Origin: Burkholderiales bacterium
Lineage (GTDB): Bacteria; Pseudomonadota; Gammaproteobacteria; Burkholderiales; WYBJ01
Assembly (NCBI GenBank): GCA_022841915.1
Contig: JALHQN010000002.1
Location: 338,724 to 402,723 of the forward strand
Reading direction: 5' to 3'
DNA: 64,000 nucleotides
A program made the translations under genes and the position numbers. The notes under the pieces were generated by a model. It was not told the origin of the DNA, did no database searches, and saw only the letters and a program-made list of their open reading frames with translations. Shown here piece by piece: positions 1 through 9,632 of this stretch. Position 1 is the first letter of the stretch. Every line of letters starts with the position of its first letter.

Positions 1-717
1 CATCGGTTCCTGAAGGGCTCGCTCGCCGCTACGGTCGAGCAGGTGAGGCAGGCCGGGGGCGAGGCGATCGCTGTGGCTGCGAACGTTTCCGACGAAGACG
101 ACTGTCGCAAGCTCGTCCAGGCTGCGCAGGAGGCCTACGGGCAAATCGACATTCTGGTGAACGATGCCGCGCTGACCTACTACGACAAGATCGTCGACTT
201 CGACATCAAGCGCTGGGTGACGGCGTTCGCCGTGAATGTTCACGGGCCCTTCATGCTTTCGAAAATGGTTCTGCCGGGCATGATGGCGCGCCGGTGTGGC
301 GCGATCGTGAACATCTCCTCGGGTGCTGCCATCGGGCCAGGGCGCACGCCGTTCAATCCGGCTGTGCGTATCGGTGGCACCATGTACGGCGCGACCAAGG
401 CCGCCTTGGAGCGCTTCACCCAGGGCCTGGCGCATGAAGTCGACGGCTGCAACATCGCGGTCACGGCGGTGTCGCCGTCGCAGATTGTTCCGACCCCGGG
501 GACGGTCTACCACAAGCTCGTCAAGGGCGCCGACGATCCGCACGGCGAACCGACGAGCTACATGGCGCGTGCGGCGCTCCTGCTCGCCTCCGAACCGGCC
601 GAAAAGGTCAACGGCCGGGTGACATACAGTCAGCAGATCTTGAGCGAATACGGCCTGATCGAGCATCCGACCGGCCGCGGCGTGACAACCAAGGGCACCG
701 GCTATTCTGAGATATGA
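1..717 (+). CDS. short-chain dehydrogenase/reductase (SDR), 5'-truncated by window edge
   Basis: Frame 1 is open from base 1, so the track Met at 43 is internal. NISSGAA...YGATKAALERF gives the SDR catalytic Ser and YxxxK. Confidence 0.85.
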   Translation, partial: HRFLKGSLAATVEQVRQAGGEAIAVAANVSDEDDCRKLVQAAQEAYGQIDILVNDAALTYYDKIVDFDIKRWVTAFAVNVHGPFMLSKMVLPGMMARRCGAIVNISSGAAIGPGRTPFNPAVRIGGTMYGATKAALERFTQGLAHEVDGCNIAVTAVSPSQIVPTPGTVYHKLVKGADDPHGEPTSYMARAALLLASEPAEKVNGRVTYSQQILSEYGLIEHPTGRGVTTKGTGYSEI

Positions 718-777
718 CCGCCGGCAGCGGTCCCGCGGGAAGGTATGCTCGCAGAAACGAGATCGAGGAGACGTGAC

Positions 778-1644
778 ATGACACTCAAGCTGCGCAAGCT
801 TTCTTATCCGCTCGGTGCGGAGGTCTGCGAGATCGATGTGGCTCGCCCGATCAGCGAATCGGCTTTCGGGGAAATCTACCGCGCGTTTCTCGACCACGGC
901 ATCCTCCTGTTCCGCAATCAGAACATCAGTCGCGAGCAGCACATCGAATTCAGTCGCCGATTCGGCGAACTGGATCGGCACGATTCTCTGCCGCGCGACA
1001 GGCACCCCGATTATCCGGAACTGCTGCGGGTCACCAATCGGCAGAATTCCGACGGCTCGCCCTCGGACTCGCGCTACACCGGCCGCAGTTGGCATTCCGA
1101 CATGTCGTTCACGACGCAACCGTCGCTAGGCTCGCTGCTGCGAGCCTGGGCGGTGCCCGAGGTGGGCGGGGACACGCTGTTCGCCAACATGTACCTCGCG
1201 TACGAGACGTTGTCGCCCGGCATGCAGAAGTTGATCGAGCCGCTGTACGGCATCCAGCTTGCGGGCACACGAAAGATCAACGATCCCAAGAGCGGCGTCC
1301 CGCGGCTGGAGGAGCAAAAGCGCATCAATCCGCCGGTCGCACAGCCCGTGGTGCGCGTGCATCCCGAGACGGGCCGCAAGGCCTTGTACATCGGCGACAA
1401 GGTCAAGCGCTTCGATGGCATGACCGAAGAGGAGAGCGCGCCTCTGATCCAGTACCTGGTGCGGCATGCCACCCGGCCCGAATTCGTCTACCGCCATCAA
1501 TGGCGTGCCAACGACATCCTGCTCTGGGACAACCGCTGCACCATGCATCAAGCCCTGGGCGACTTCGACGAGACGCAGCTGCGCGAACTGGAGCGCACGA
1601 CGGTTTTGGGAACGCCGTCGGGTTACGTGGTGGCAGCCGCCTGA
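778..1644 (+). CDS. TauD/TfdA-family Fe(II)/2-oxoglutarate dioxygenase
   Basis: ORF 745..1644. Start moved to ATG 778, with GAGGAG (765-770) 7 nt upstream. WHSDMSF (HxD iron ligands) and the C-terminal WDNRCTMH motif are typical of the family. Confidence 0.85.
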   Translation: MTLKLRKLSYPLGAEVCEIDVARPISESAFGEIYRAFLDHGILLFRNQNISREQHIEFSRRFGELDRHDSLPRDRHPDYPELLRVTNRQNSDGSPSDSRYTGRSWHSDMSFTTQPSLGSLLRAWAVPEVGGDTLFANMYLAYETLSPGMQKLIEPLYGIQLAGTRKINDPKSGVPRLEEQKRINPPVAQPVVRVHPETGRKALYIGDKVKRFDGMTEEESAPLIQYLVRHATRPEFVYRHQWRANDILLWDNRCTMHQALGDFDETQLRELERTTVLGTPSGYVVAAA

Positions 1645-1811
1645 GCGAGTATCTGCCCTCACGCGAGCTGAGACACCGGGCGCGAACCCGTCGACGGGAC
1701 TCCCATGCCGATTAAAGTCGTCGGCATCGCCGCCGAAAGTGAGCTATGCGTCGCAGTGCCAGGTGCGCGTACGACTCTGGCGGCGTCTCTTGCCATTTCT
1801 CGGATTTGTCC

Positions 1812-2702
1812 ATGCTCGCTGAAGCAGCAACTCAACCGGTCGCCCCGACCGAAACCCGCTTGTCGTCGCCGACTGCCGACCAACTGATCAAGGAAATCGG
1901 CATCCCGCCGTGTCCGACGGTCTTGGTCGAGTTCATGGCCGAGTCGGGCAAGGACGACCCGGATTTTCGCCGGCTGAGTCATCTGGTGAACAAGGACGTG
2001 GCACTCGCGGCCGCAGTCTTGAAGACGATCAATTCCCCGTTCTATGGGCTTGGGCGCAAGGCACGCACGGTACAGGACGCCTTGGCGCTGCTGGGGCTGC
2101 GCGAGACCAGCCGCCTCATTGCGGGCTTCCTGTTGCGGCAAGCGTTCGCCTCGTCGGCATCGCCGGCGATGTACGACTACTGGGATGCCTCATCGCGCAT
2201 CGCCATGATCGCCGCCTACCTTGCCCGCGAACTGGAGATCTCGAAACTCGACGAAGCCCATACCTTCGCGCTCTTTCGTGATTGCGGTGTCCCGGTGCTG
2301 CTCACCCGCTATCCGGAGTACGAGGCTTTGCTGGTCTCCACGCGGCTCGAAAACGAGCGCCGGCGAACGGACGCGGAGCGATCCGCCTATGGCTACGATC
2401 ACGCCCTGGTCGGCGCCACGTTGGCACAGAGCTGGCACCTGCCGAGCGAGATGTGGCATGCGATTCGTGTGCACAATGCCTACGACGAGCCCGGCTTCCT
2501 CGCCGACGAGCGCACGCGACGGTTCAGCAGCCTGATCGCCGTCGGCCTGCTCGCCGAGCAACTGCATCGCATACATCGTGGAACCTACGACCCGCCGCTT
2601 TGGACCGCCGAAGAGGCGTTCATCGCCTCCGTGCTCGGACCCATGGAGGGCAAGCTCGAGCCGCTCGTGAACGACATCGCGCTCATCATGGAGCAGGCGT
2701 AA
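1812..2702 (+). CDS. HDOD domain-containing signalling protein
   Basis: ORF 1746..2702. Likely start is ATG 1812 (residue 23 of the track ORF). PPCPTVLVEFMAE...NKDVALAAAVLKTINSPFYGL...VQDALALLG resembles the HDOD consensus. Confidence 0.7.
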   Translation: MLAEAATQPVAPTETRLSSPTADQLIKEIGIPPCPTVLVEFMAESGKDDPDFRRLSHLVNKDVALAAAVLKTINSPFYGLGRKARTVQDALALLGLRETSRLIAGFLLRQAFASSASPAMYDYWDASSRIAMIAAYLARELEISKLDEAHTFALFRDCGVPVLLTRYPEYEALLVSTRLENERRRTDAERSAYGYDHALVGATLAQSWHLPSEMWHAIRVHNAYDEPGFLADERTRRFSSLIAVGLLAEQLHRIHRGTYDPPLWTAEEAFIASVLGPMEGKLEPLVNDIALIMEQA

Positions 2703-2761
2703 GTCGGCCCGCCCGGGGCGATCCACCGGAGGCGGTGCTGGCCGGGCGCTATAATCGGTCG

Positions 2762-5659
2762 ATGAAATCCGAGACGCTTCCCGAACGCGCGGTCGATGCC
2801 GACGCGTTGGCGGCACGTCTGCGCGCGGCGCTGACGTGCAAGGTTCAGTTCGACATCGGTGCGCGTGCGCTTTACGCCGCGGACTCCTCCAATTATCGCC
2901 AAGTACCCATCGGGGTCGTGCTCCCCGAGACGATCGACGACATCGTCACGGCGGTAGCCATCTGCCGCGAGTTCGACGCGCCCATACTCATGCGGGGCGC
3001 CGGTACCAGTCTGTGCGGCCAGACCTGCAATGTTGCCGTGGTGCTGGATGTCTCGCGCCACCTCGATCGCATCGTTTCCATCGACCCGCAGGCGCGCACG
3101 GCCATCGTCGAGCCCGGCGTCATCTGCGACACGTTGCGCGATGCTGCGGAGAAGCACGGACTGACCTTCGGTCCCGATCCTGCGACGCATAGTCGTTGCA
3201 CGCTGGGCGGGATGGTGGGCAACAACTCCTGCGGCGCCCATTCGGTCATGGCGGGCAAGACGGTGGAGAACATCGAGGCGCTCGAGATCCTGACCTACGA
3301 CGGCGAGCGGATGTGGGTCGGCCCGACCTCCGACGAGGAACTGCAGGCCATCCTGGCAACGGGTGATCGCCGCGCACAGATCTACGGGGAGCTGAGCAAG
3401 CTGCGCGATCGCCATGGCGAGCGGGTGCGCCGCGAGTTTCCGCAGATACGGCGTCGGGTGTCGGGCTACAACCTCGACGAGCTGCTGCCGGAACACGGCT
3501 TCAACGTCGCGCGGGCGCTTGTCGGCACCGAGGGCACCTGCGCGATCCTGCTGCACATCAAGGTGCGCCTGGTGACCAGTCCGCCGGTGCGTGTGCTGGT
3601 CGTGCTCGGCTATGACGACATGTATACCGCGGGCGACCGCACCCCTTATGTCCTGGAACACGCGCCGGTCGCGCTCGAAGGTCTCGATCGCATGATCATC
3701 GAGGATCTGGGAAAAAAGCGTCTGCTGACCGACGACATCGCGTTGCTGCCCGAAGGCAATGGCTGGCTGATGGTCGAGCTGGGCGCCGACGATGCGCAGC
3801 AGGCCGAAGCCCGAGCCCGACGCCTGATGGATGCGGAACTGGCTGCGGGCTTCGCGCGAGGCGCGCGTTTCTACCCTGGCGCGGAGCAGAAGCGGGTCTG
3901 GGCCATACGCGAAGTGGGCGCGGGCGCGAGCAATGCGGTTCCCGGTGTGCGTGAAGAGACGTATGCCGGATGGGAAGACGCCGCGGTCGACCCGGCCCGG
4001 GTGGGCGACTATCTGCGCGAGTTCCGTCGGCTGCTCGATCGCTATGGCTATCGCTCGTCGTTGTACGGACACTTCGGCGACGGCTGCATCCACGGGCGCA
4101 TCAGTTTCGACTTTCGGACCCGGGAAGGTCTCGATGCGATGCGAAGCTTCATGGAGGAGGCCGCCGATCTCGTCGTCAAGTACGGTGGCTCGATATCCGG
4201 CGAGCATGGCGACGGCCAGGCTCGCGCAGAGTTCCTGCCCCGCATGTACGGCCCGGAGATCATGCGTGCATTCCGTGAGTTCAAGGCGATCTGGGATCCG
4301 CGCAACCGCATGAATCCGGGCAAGGTCGTCGATGCGTACAAGGTCGACGAAAATCTGCGCATCGATCCGTCCTATCGCCCGCTCGAACCGAAGACCCATT
4401 TTTCCTTCGCGGCCGACTTCGGCAGTTTCGCGCATGCAGCCGAGCGCTGCATGGGGGTAGCGAAATGCCGCAACACGCAAAGCGGTGTGATGTGCCCGAG
4501 CTACCGGGTCACGCGCGACGAAAAGCACTCCACCCGGGGCCGCATTCGTCTTTTCGGCGAGCTCTTTCGCGGCGAAACGCTCAAGGACTTGTGGTCGAAC
4601 GAAGAAGTGAAAGACGCGCTCGACCTGTGCTTGGCGTGCAAGAGCTGCAAGAGCGAGTGCCCGGTGCAGGTCGACATGGCGACGTACAAGGCGGAATTCC
4701 TCTCGCACTACTACGAGAACCATGCCCGGCCCCCGCAGGCGCGCAGCATGGGGATGATCCATCGCTGGGCGCGGCTTGCATCGACGGCGCCGGGCATTGT
4801 CAACTTCGTCAATCGCATGCCCGGCCTGAGTCATCTCAGCAAGCGTTGGGCCGGCGTGGCGCCCGAGCGCAGCATCCCCCGCTTCGCCAACAAGACCTTC
4901 ACGAGCTGGTTCAATGCGCGACCCGCAGCCAAGGCAACCGCCAAGCGCGTCCTCCTGTGGCCGGATACCTTCAACAACTATTTCCATCCCGAGTCGCTCA
5001 TCGCCGCAACCCACGTGCTGGAGGCGGCGGGTTACACCGTTTCGTTGCCGCAGCGGGGCTTGTGCTGCGGGCGTCCGCTCTATGACTTCGGCATGCTTGA
5101 TGTCGCCAAGAGACAGCTGCTCGAGATCTTCGGTGCGCTTCGGTCCGATATCGACACGGGTACACCCATCGTGGGCCTGGAGCCCGCGTGCGTGTCGGTG
5201 TTCAAGGACGAAGCGCCGAATCTGTTTCCGGACGACGAGCGCGCGACGAGATTGGCCGGACAGATGACCTACTTCAGCGATTTCCTCAAGGCCGAGGAAG
5301 CGCTGCAGGGCAAAGGATCCGGTCTGCAAGCGCTGGTGCATGGGCATTGCCACCACAAGGCGCTGTTGGGCATGGGCGCCGAGATGGCTTTGCTCAAGCG
5401 GGTAGGCATCGATGCCAAGCCGATCGATTCGGGTTGTTGCGGCATGGCGGGATCGTTCGGATTTCGTCCCGACACCTATGAATTGTCGGTGAAGGCAGCG
5501 GAGCTGCAGCTGCTTCCCGCAGTGCGCGCCGCCGGGGAAGCACAGCTCGTCATCGCGTCCGGGTACAGCTGCCGGGAGCAGATCGATCAGCTGTCGCCGC
5601 GCAAGGCGATCCACGTTGCCGAGGCAGTCGCAAAGGCGCTGCGCTTGCCGATCGCGTAA
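2762..5659 (+). CDS. FAD-binding and (Fe-S)-binding oxidoreductase (GlcD/GlpC-type fusion, YdiJ-like)
   Basis: ORF 2282..5659, but the first 160 codons overlap the HDOD gene, so ATG 2762 is used. RGAGTSLCGQ (FAD-linked oxidase), CLACKSCKSECP (4Fe-4S) and two CCG motifs (GLCCGRP, SGCCGMAGSFG) are present. Confidence 0.85.
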   Translation: MKSETLPERAVDADALAARLRAALTCKVQFDIGARALYAADSSNYRQVPIGVVLPETIDDIVTAVAICREFDAPILMRGAGTSLCGQTCNVAVVLDVSRHLDRIVSIDPQARTAIVEPGVICDTLRDAAEKHGLTFGPDPATHSRCTLGGMVGNNSCGAHSVMAGKTVENIEALEILTYDGERMWVGPTSDEELQAILATGDRRAQIYGELSKLRDRHGERVRREFPQIRRRVSGYNLDELLPEHGFNVARALVGTEGTCAILLHIKVRLVTSPPVRVLVVLGYDDMYTAGDRTPYVLEHAPVALEGLDRMIIEDLGKKRLLTDDIALLPEGNGWLMVELGADDAQQAEARARRLMDAELAAGFARGARFYPGAEQKRVWAIREVGAGASNAVPGVREETYAGWEDAAVDPARVGDYLREFRRLLDRYGYRSSLYGHFGDGCIHGRISFDFRTREGLDAMRSFMEEAADLVVKYGGSISGEHGDGQARAEFLPRMYGPEIMRAFREFKAIWDPRNRMNPGKVVDAYKVDENLRIDPSYRPLEPKTHFSFAADFGSFAHAAERCMGVAKCRNTQSGVMCPSYRVTRDEKHSTRGRIRLFGELFRGETLKDLWSNEEVKDALDLCLACKSCKSECPVQVDMATYKAEFLSHYYENHARPPQARSMGMIHRWARLASTAPGIVNFVNRMPGLSHLSKRWAGVAPERSIPRFANKTFTSWFNARPAAKATAKRVLLWPDTFNNYFHPESLIAATHVLEAAGYTVSLPQRGLCCGRPLYDFGMLDVAKRQLLEIFGALRSDIDTGTPIVGLEPACVSVFKDEAPNLFPDDERATRLAGQMTYFSDFLKAEEALQGKGSGLQALVHGHCHHKALLGMGAEMALLKRVGIDAKPIDSGCCGMAGSFGFRPDTYELSVKAAELQLLPAVRAAGEAQLVIASGYSCREQIDQLSPRKAIHVAEAVAKALRLPIA

Positions 5660-6432
5660 TGCCGGGATTGGATGCCCTGTCGCCGCTGGCGTTGCTCTAC
5701 GTCGGCATCGCAGTCGCTTGCGCCGGCCTCGTTCACGGCACCCTGGGGCTGGGTTTTCCTCTGATCGCCACGCCGCTCATCTCGCTGGTGACCGGAATCA
5801 AGACGGCGATCGTGCTCATCGTGCCGCCGACGCTGGCGGTCGTCATCATGGCCATTGTCGTCGGCGGCACGTTCGCCCAGACCCTCCGGGACTGGTGGCG
5901 TATGCCGCTGTGGATGTTCGCAGGGGCCTTGGTCGGAACCCAGATCTTCATCCTGATCGATCCGGCGCCGCTTACCTTGATGCTCGCGGCGGTGATCCTC
6001 GTCTATCTCGGCCTCGATTGGATCGGGCGGGGCCATTGGGGCCTTCTGGGCCGACACCGGCACAAGTCCGGCGTGGCGTTCGGGTTTCTCGGCGGCGTCT
6101 TCGAAGGATCGGTGAATATCGCAGCACCGCCGCTGCTGATCTATTTTCTTTCCGTGGGCCTCGCGCCGACCGCGCTCGTGAAGGCGTTGAATCTGTGCTT
6201 TCTCACGGGCAAGAGCACGCAGTTCGCCACCCTGCTGGCGACCCTCGACGTGCCGCTGACCGTGTGGGTTTCCACGGTTCCGCTGTGCATGATCGGAATC
6301 GCCACATCGCTGGCCGGCACCCGCATCCGCAACCGCGTGGATGCGGCGACCTATAGGCGCTGGCTCAAGCAGGCGCTGCTCGGCATGGCCGCCCTGCTCA
6401 TCGCACAGTTCGTGATGCTGGCGAGGACTTGA
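5659..6432 (+). CDS. TauE/SafE-family anion exporter (membrane protein)
   Basis: 257 aa, multi-helix and hydrophobic. The N-terminus ...GLVHGTLGLGFPLIATPLISL is typical of the family. Its ATG overlaps the upstream TAA (TAATG at 5657-5661). Confidence 0.75.
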   Translation: MPGLDALSPLALLYVGIAVACAGLVHGTLGLGFPLIATPLISLVTGIKTAIVLIVPPTLAVVIMAIVVGGTFAQTLRDWWRMPLWMFAGALVGTQIFILIDPAPLTLMLAAVILVYLGLDWIGRGHWGLLGRHRHKSGVAFGFLGGVFEGSVNIAAPPLLIYFLSVGLAPTALVKALNLCFLTGKSTQFATLLATLDVPLTVWVSTVPLCMIGIATSLAGTRIRNRVDAATYRRWLKQALLGMAALLIAQFVMLART

Positions 6433-6451
6433 GCCGGCGACCTGCCCGTCA

Positions 6452-7420
6452 TCAGCCCAGGGTGATCCCCGCCTCGCGCACGATCTTCTGAATACGCGGG
6501 ATCTCCTTGCGGATGAGCGCGTCGTACTCGGCCGGCCCCATCGGGCTGGCCGTGATGCCTTGCCGGAACAGGCTCTCCTTGACCTCGGTCGTGTTCAAGG
6601 CGCGAACGATTTCGGTGCCTAGCCTGTCGACGATCTCCTTCGGCGTCTGGGAACGGACGTAGACGCCGAGTTTCGCCGTGAGTTCGAAATCGGGATAGCC
6701 GGATTCGGCCAGCGTGGGGACGTCCTTGACCAGATCCGAGCGTCCGGTGGACGTGACCGCAATGGCGCGCAGTCGCTTGCCGTTGAGGTAGGGGATGACC
6801 GTGGCAATGGTGGAAATGAGGATGGTATTGTGGCCGCCGAGCACGGCCAGCGCAGCCGGGCCGCCCCCGTTGTAGGGCACTGCGGTGACGTCGATCTTGG
6901 CTGCCTGCTTGAGCAACTCGCCGGATACGTGCTGCGCGCTGCCCGCGCCATTGTGGGCGTACGTCAGTTGCCCGGGTTTCGTGCGCGCCAAGCTGACGAG
7001 GTCCCCGACCGTGTGGACGGGCAAAGACGGATGCACGCTGATGATGTAGGGATCGGCCCCGATGCGCGCGACGCCGACGAAATCCTTTTGGGCGTCGAAC
7101 GGCAGCTTGGTGCGCATGACGGCATTGGCGATGAAAGTGAAGCCGGCGATCAGCAGCGTATGGCCGTCGGCGGGCGCGCGCGCGACGAGTTCAGTGCCGA
7201 TCATGGTGCTTGCGCCCGGTCGATTCTCGACCACCACGCTTTGCCCCAAGGCTTTCGACAATGGCGTCTGCAGCGCTCGTGCGGCGACATCCACGGAGCC
7301 TGCGGGCGTGAACGGCACGACGATGCGTATCGGCTTGGACGGGTACTGCTGGGCCTGGACGCTGGTCGCCAGCAGCGTGGGGACGAGCAGGCTCAGCAGT
7401 CGTACGGTTTTCGGGGTCAT
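6452..7420 (-). CDS. Bug-family (TctC-like) tripartite tricarboxylate transporter substrate-binding protein, orphan
   Basis: ORF 6452..7528. Start moved to ATG 7420 (residue 37), which gives the signal peptide MTPKTVRLLSLLVPTLLATSVQA/QQ. The mature part resembles the Bug family (YPSKPIRIVVPFTPAGSVD...). No tctA/tctB gene is adjacent. Confidence 0.85.
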   Translation of the reverse strand: MTPKTVRLLSLLVPTLLATSVQAQQYPSKPIRIVVPFTPAGSVDVAARALQTPLSKALGQSVVVENRPGASTMIGTELVARAPADGHTLLIAGFTFIANAVMRTKLPFDAQKDFVGVARIGADPYIISVHPSLPVHTVGDLVSLARTKPGQLTYAHNGAGSAQHVSGELLKQAAKIDVTAVPYNGGGPAALAVLGGHNTILISTIATVIPYLNGKRLRAIAVTSTGRSDLVKDVPTLAESGYPDFELTAKLGVYVRSQTPKEIVDRLGTEIVRALNTTEVKESLFRQGITASPMGPAEYDALIRKEIPRIQKIVREAGITLG

Positions 7421-7657
7421 TCGCTGTCTTCCTCGGGATGCGCGCGAGAGCGGCCGTTTGCATGACGAGCCGTTCACTGTGCGGGAACGAGAGAGTGCCT
7501 GAGCGCAGCCTGGTTCGTCCACTGCCATGGCAGGTGTCGACTCGCGACGGCCGGCGCGGGCATGCAGGGCGGATACCTTCGCGCGGCCCGCGCGCCGGGC
7601 CGGTCCGCGAAGTTGGTATCATGGGACGCACCTGCCCGCCTCGTTCACGGAGCCCTC

Positions 7658-8296
7658 ATGACCCAGCCGCTCGGCCTTTTGATCGCCTCGTTCGACATCA
7701 GCGCTTGTCCCGAAGACGAATTCAACGATTGGTATGACACCGAGCACATCCCCGACCGCCAGAAGGTGCCCGGTTTTCTCAACTTCGAGCGCTGGATCGG
7801 CGCGGACGATCCGAAAGTCGTGCTGGCGATCTACGATCTACAGTCCGCCGCCGTGCTGCAAAGCCCGGAATACCTGGCCATCGGCTTTCACAATCCGTCA
7901 CCCTGGACGCGGCGCCTGATGCCCAAGACGAAGCGTGTGTTGCGGTTCGTCGGCGAACAGATTACGCCGGGCAACGTACTGGCGCCCAAAGGCGCGGGAG
8001 GGCTGCTCTTCATGGGCTTCAATATCGAGCCCGGCATGGAGGAGGAGTACGCGCGATGGATGGACGAAGAGCACCTGCCGCGCCTGGCGAAGGTGCCGGG
8101 CGTGCTGAGCGCGCGCCGCTTCGTGGCTGTCGATAGCACCCACAAGTACATCGCCGTCTACCATCTCACCGGCCCCGAAGTGAGTAGCTCGGAGGCGTGG
8201 CGCGAGGCGATCGAGACGCCCTGGACGCACGCCATCCGCCCCCGGACGCGTGACCGGCTGCGGATCAGCTGTCGTGCCTATCGCAGGCAGGCATAG
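7658..8296 (+). CDS. hypothetical protein with two tandem ferredoxin-like (dimeric alpha+beta barrel) repeats
   Basis: ORF 7562..8296. Start is ATG 7658, with GGAG 5 nt upstream. An internal repeat is visible: EDEFNDWYDTEHIPDRQKVPGFLNFERWI versus EEEYARWMDEEHLPRLAKVPGVLSARRFV. Confidence 0.6.
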   Translation: MTQPLGLLIASFDISACPEDEFNDWYDTEHIPDRQKVPGFLNFERWIGADDPKVVLAIYDLQSAAVLQSPEYLAIGFHNPSPWTRRLMPKTKRVLRFVGEQITPGNVLAPKGAGGLLFMGFNIEPGMEEEYARWMDEEHLPRLAKVPGVLSARRFVAVDSTHKYIAVYHLTGPEVSSSEAWREAIETPWTHAIRPRTRDRLRISCRAYRRQA

Positions 8297-8350
8297 CACG
8301 CGGGGGTGGGCCGCGCTGGGCGCATCCAGCCGAGCGCGGCGATCAGGTGC

Positions 8351-8656
8351 CTACTTCAGCATCTTCTGCAGTTCGCCCGACTGATACATCTCGGTCACGA
8401 TGTCCGAGCCGCCGACGAACTCTCCGTTGACGTAGAGCTGAGGGATGGTCGGCCAGCTGGCGTAGTCCTTGATGCCTTGGCGGATCTCGGGTTCCTGCAG
8501 CACGTCGACACTGAAGAACTCCTCCACGCCGCACGCACGCAGAACTTGCACCGCGCGTGCGGAGAATCCGCACTGGGGAAAGTCGGGCGAGCCCTTCATG
8601 TAGAGGACGACTTTGTTGCCGGTGACTTGCTGCTTGATGGTCTCTTGCACACTCAT
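8351..8656 (-). CDS. grxD: Grx4-type monothiol glutaredoxin
   Basis: ORF 8351..8722. Start is ATG 8656 (residue 23). CGFS active site (PQCGFS), WPTIPQLYVNGEFVGG, about 101 aa. Confidence 0.95.
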   Translation of the reverse strand: MSVQETIKQQVTGNKVVLYMKGSPDFPQCGFSARAVQVLRACGVEEFFSVDVLQEPEIRQGIKDYASWPTIPQLYVNGEFVGGSDIVTEMYQSGELQKMLK

Positions 8657-8756
8657 GGGCGTCTCCAATACTTGAGCACTTTGGTCGGATTTGAGTCTAC
8701 CCAGCCTGCCCGGAAGGGTCAAGTCTCGGCGCGGGGTTTCCTGGCCCGCCCCCGAT

Positions 8757-9587
8757 TCACGGCGCCTTGCGCCCGCCGCTTACCCGGGGCACGCCGGCCA
8801 GATCGGGTGCAACGAAGCGATCCTCGAACCCGACGCGAGCCAACAGCGCACCGACCGTGCCGGCCTGGTCGTAGCCATGCTCGAGCAACAGCCAGCCGCC
8901 CGGGCGCAGGTGTTCCGGCGCGTGCGCGATGATGCGTTCGAGATCGTCGAGCCCGTCTAAGCCTGCGGCCAGTGCCTGTCGCGGTTCGAACCGCAAATCG
9001 CCCTCAGCCAGGTGAGGATCATCTTCGGCGACGTACGGCGGGTTTCCCACGATCAAATCGAAGGTCATGCCGGCCAGCGGCAGGAACCAGGCTCCATGGC
9101 GGAAGGTGACGTTGGCGACGCCCAATGCGGCTCGGTTCTCGGTGGCAACCGCCAGTGCCTCGGAACTCGCGTCGACTGCATAAATCGACGACTCCACGGC
9201 CTCTAGCGCGAGAGTGAGCGCTATACAACCGCTCCCTGTACCCAGATCGAGGACGCGCGGGGAGGGGAGCGAGCGCATGCGCTCCAGGGCCAGGTCCACC
9301 AACAGTTCCGTGTCCGGGCGAGGGATGAGCACGGAGGGCGTGACGCGAAAATCGCGACCGTAGAACTCTCGCCGGCCGAGGATGTAGGCGATGGGTTCAC
9401 CCGCCATCCGGCGGCGGGTCAGCGCCAGAAAGCGTGCTTGCTCCGCCTCGCTCAGGCGGCGGTCGGAATGCGCGATCAGTTGCGCATGCGTGAGGCCGAG
9501 GGCTTCCTGCAGCAGCACCCGGGCATCGACCGGATCGAGATCGGCACAGCGCAAGGCTGCGGCGATGGTGTCAGGCGGTCGGGACAT
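8757..9587 (-). CDS. prmC: peptide chain release factor N5-glutamine methyltransferase
   Basis: IVGNPPYV (NPPY) and LDLGTGSG SAM motif. It lies immediately downstream of prfA. Confidence 0.95.
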   Translation of the reverse strand: MSRPPDTIAAALRCADLDPVDARVLLQEALGLTHAQLIAHSDRRLSEAEQARFLALTRRRMAGEPIAYILGRREFYGRDFRVTPSVLIPRPDTELLVDLALERMRSLPSPRVLDLGTGSGCIALTLALEAVESSIYAVDASSEALAVATENRAALGVANVTFRHGAWFLPLAGMTFDLIVGNPPYVAEDDPHLAEGDLRFEPRQALAAGLDGLDDLERIIAHAPEHLRPGGWLLLEHGYDQAGTVGALLARVGFEDRFVAPDLAGVPRVSGGRKAP

Positions 9588-9632
9588 CGCTCGCAGGCGA
9601 GAAGGCGCAGGGGTCGCGCCCGGAGCGGGGCG

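Noticed and set aside
2585-5614. 1009-aa minus-strand ORF antisense to the FAD/Fe-S dehydrogenase gene
   Set aside because: The translation is Arg/Ala/Gly/His-rich with no recognisable motif. The opposite strand encodes a protein with clear FAD, 4Fe-4S and CCG motifs. This is a typical high-GC shadow ORF.
8310-8340. 8-bp GC stem (gccgcgct ... agcgcggc) between the convergent 7658-8296 gene and grxD, considered as a possible terminator
   Set aside because: The loop is long (15 nt) and there is no T-run on either strand. I cannot distinguish it from chance GC-rich dyads.
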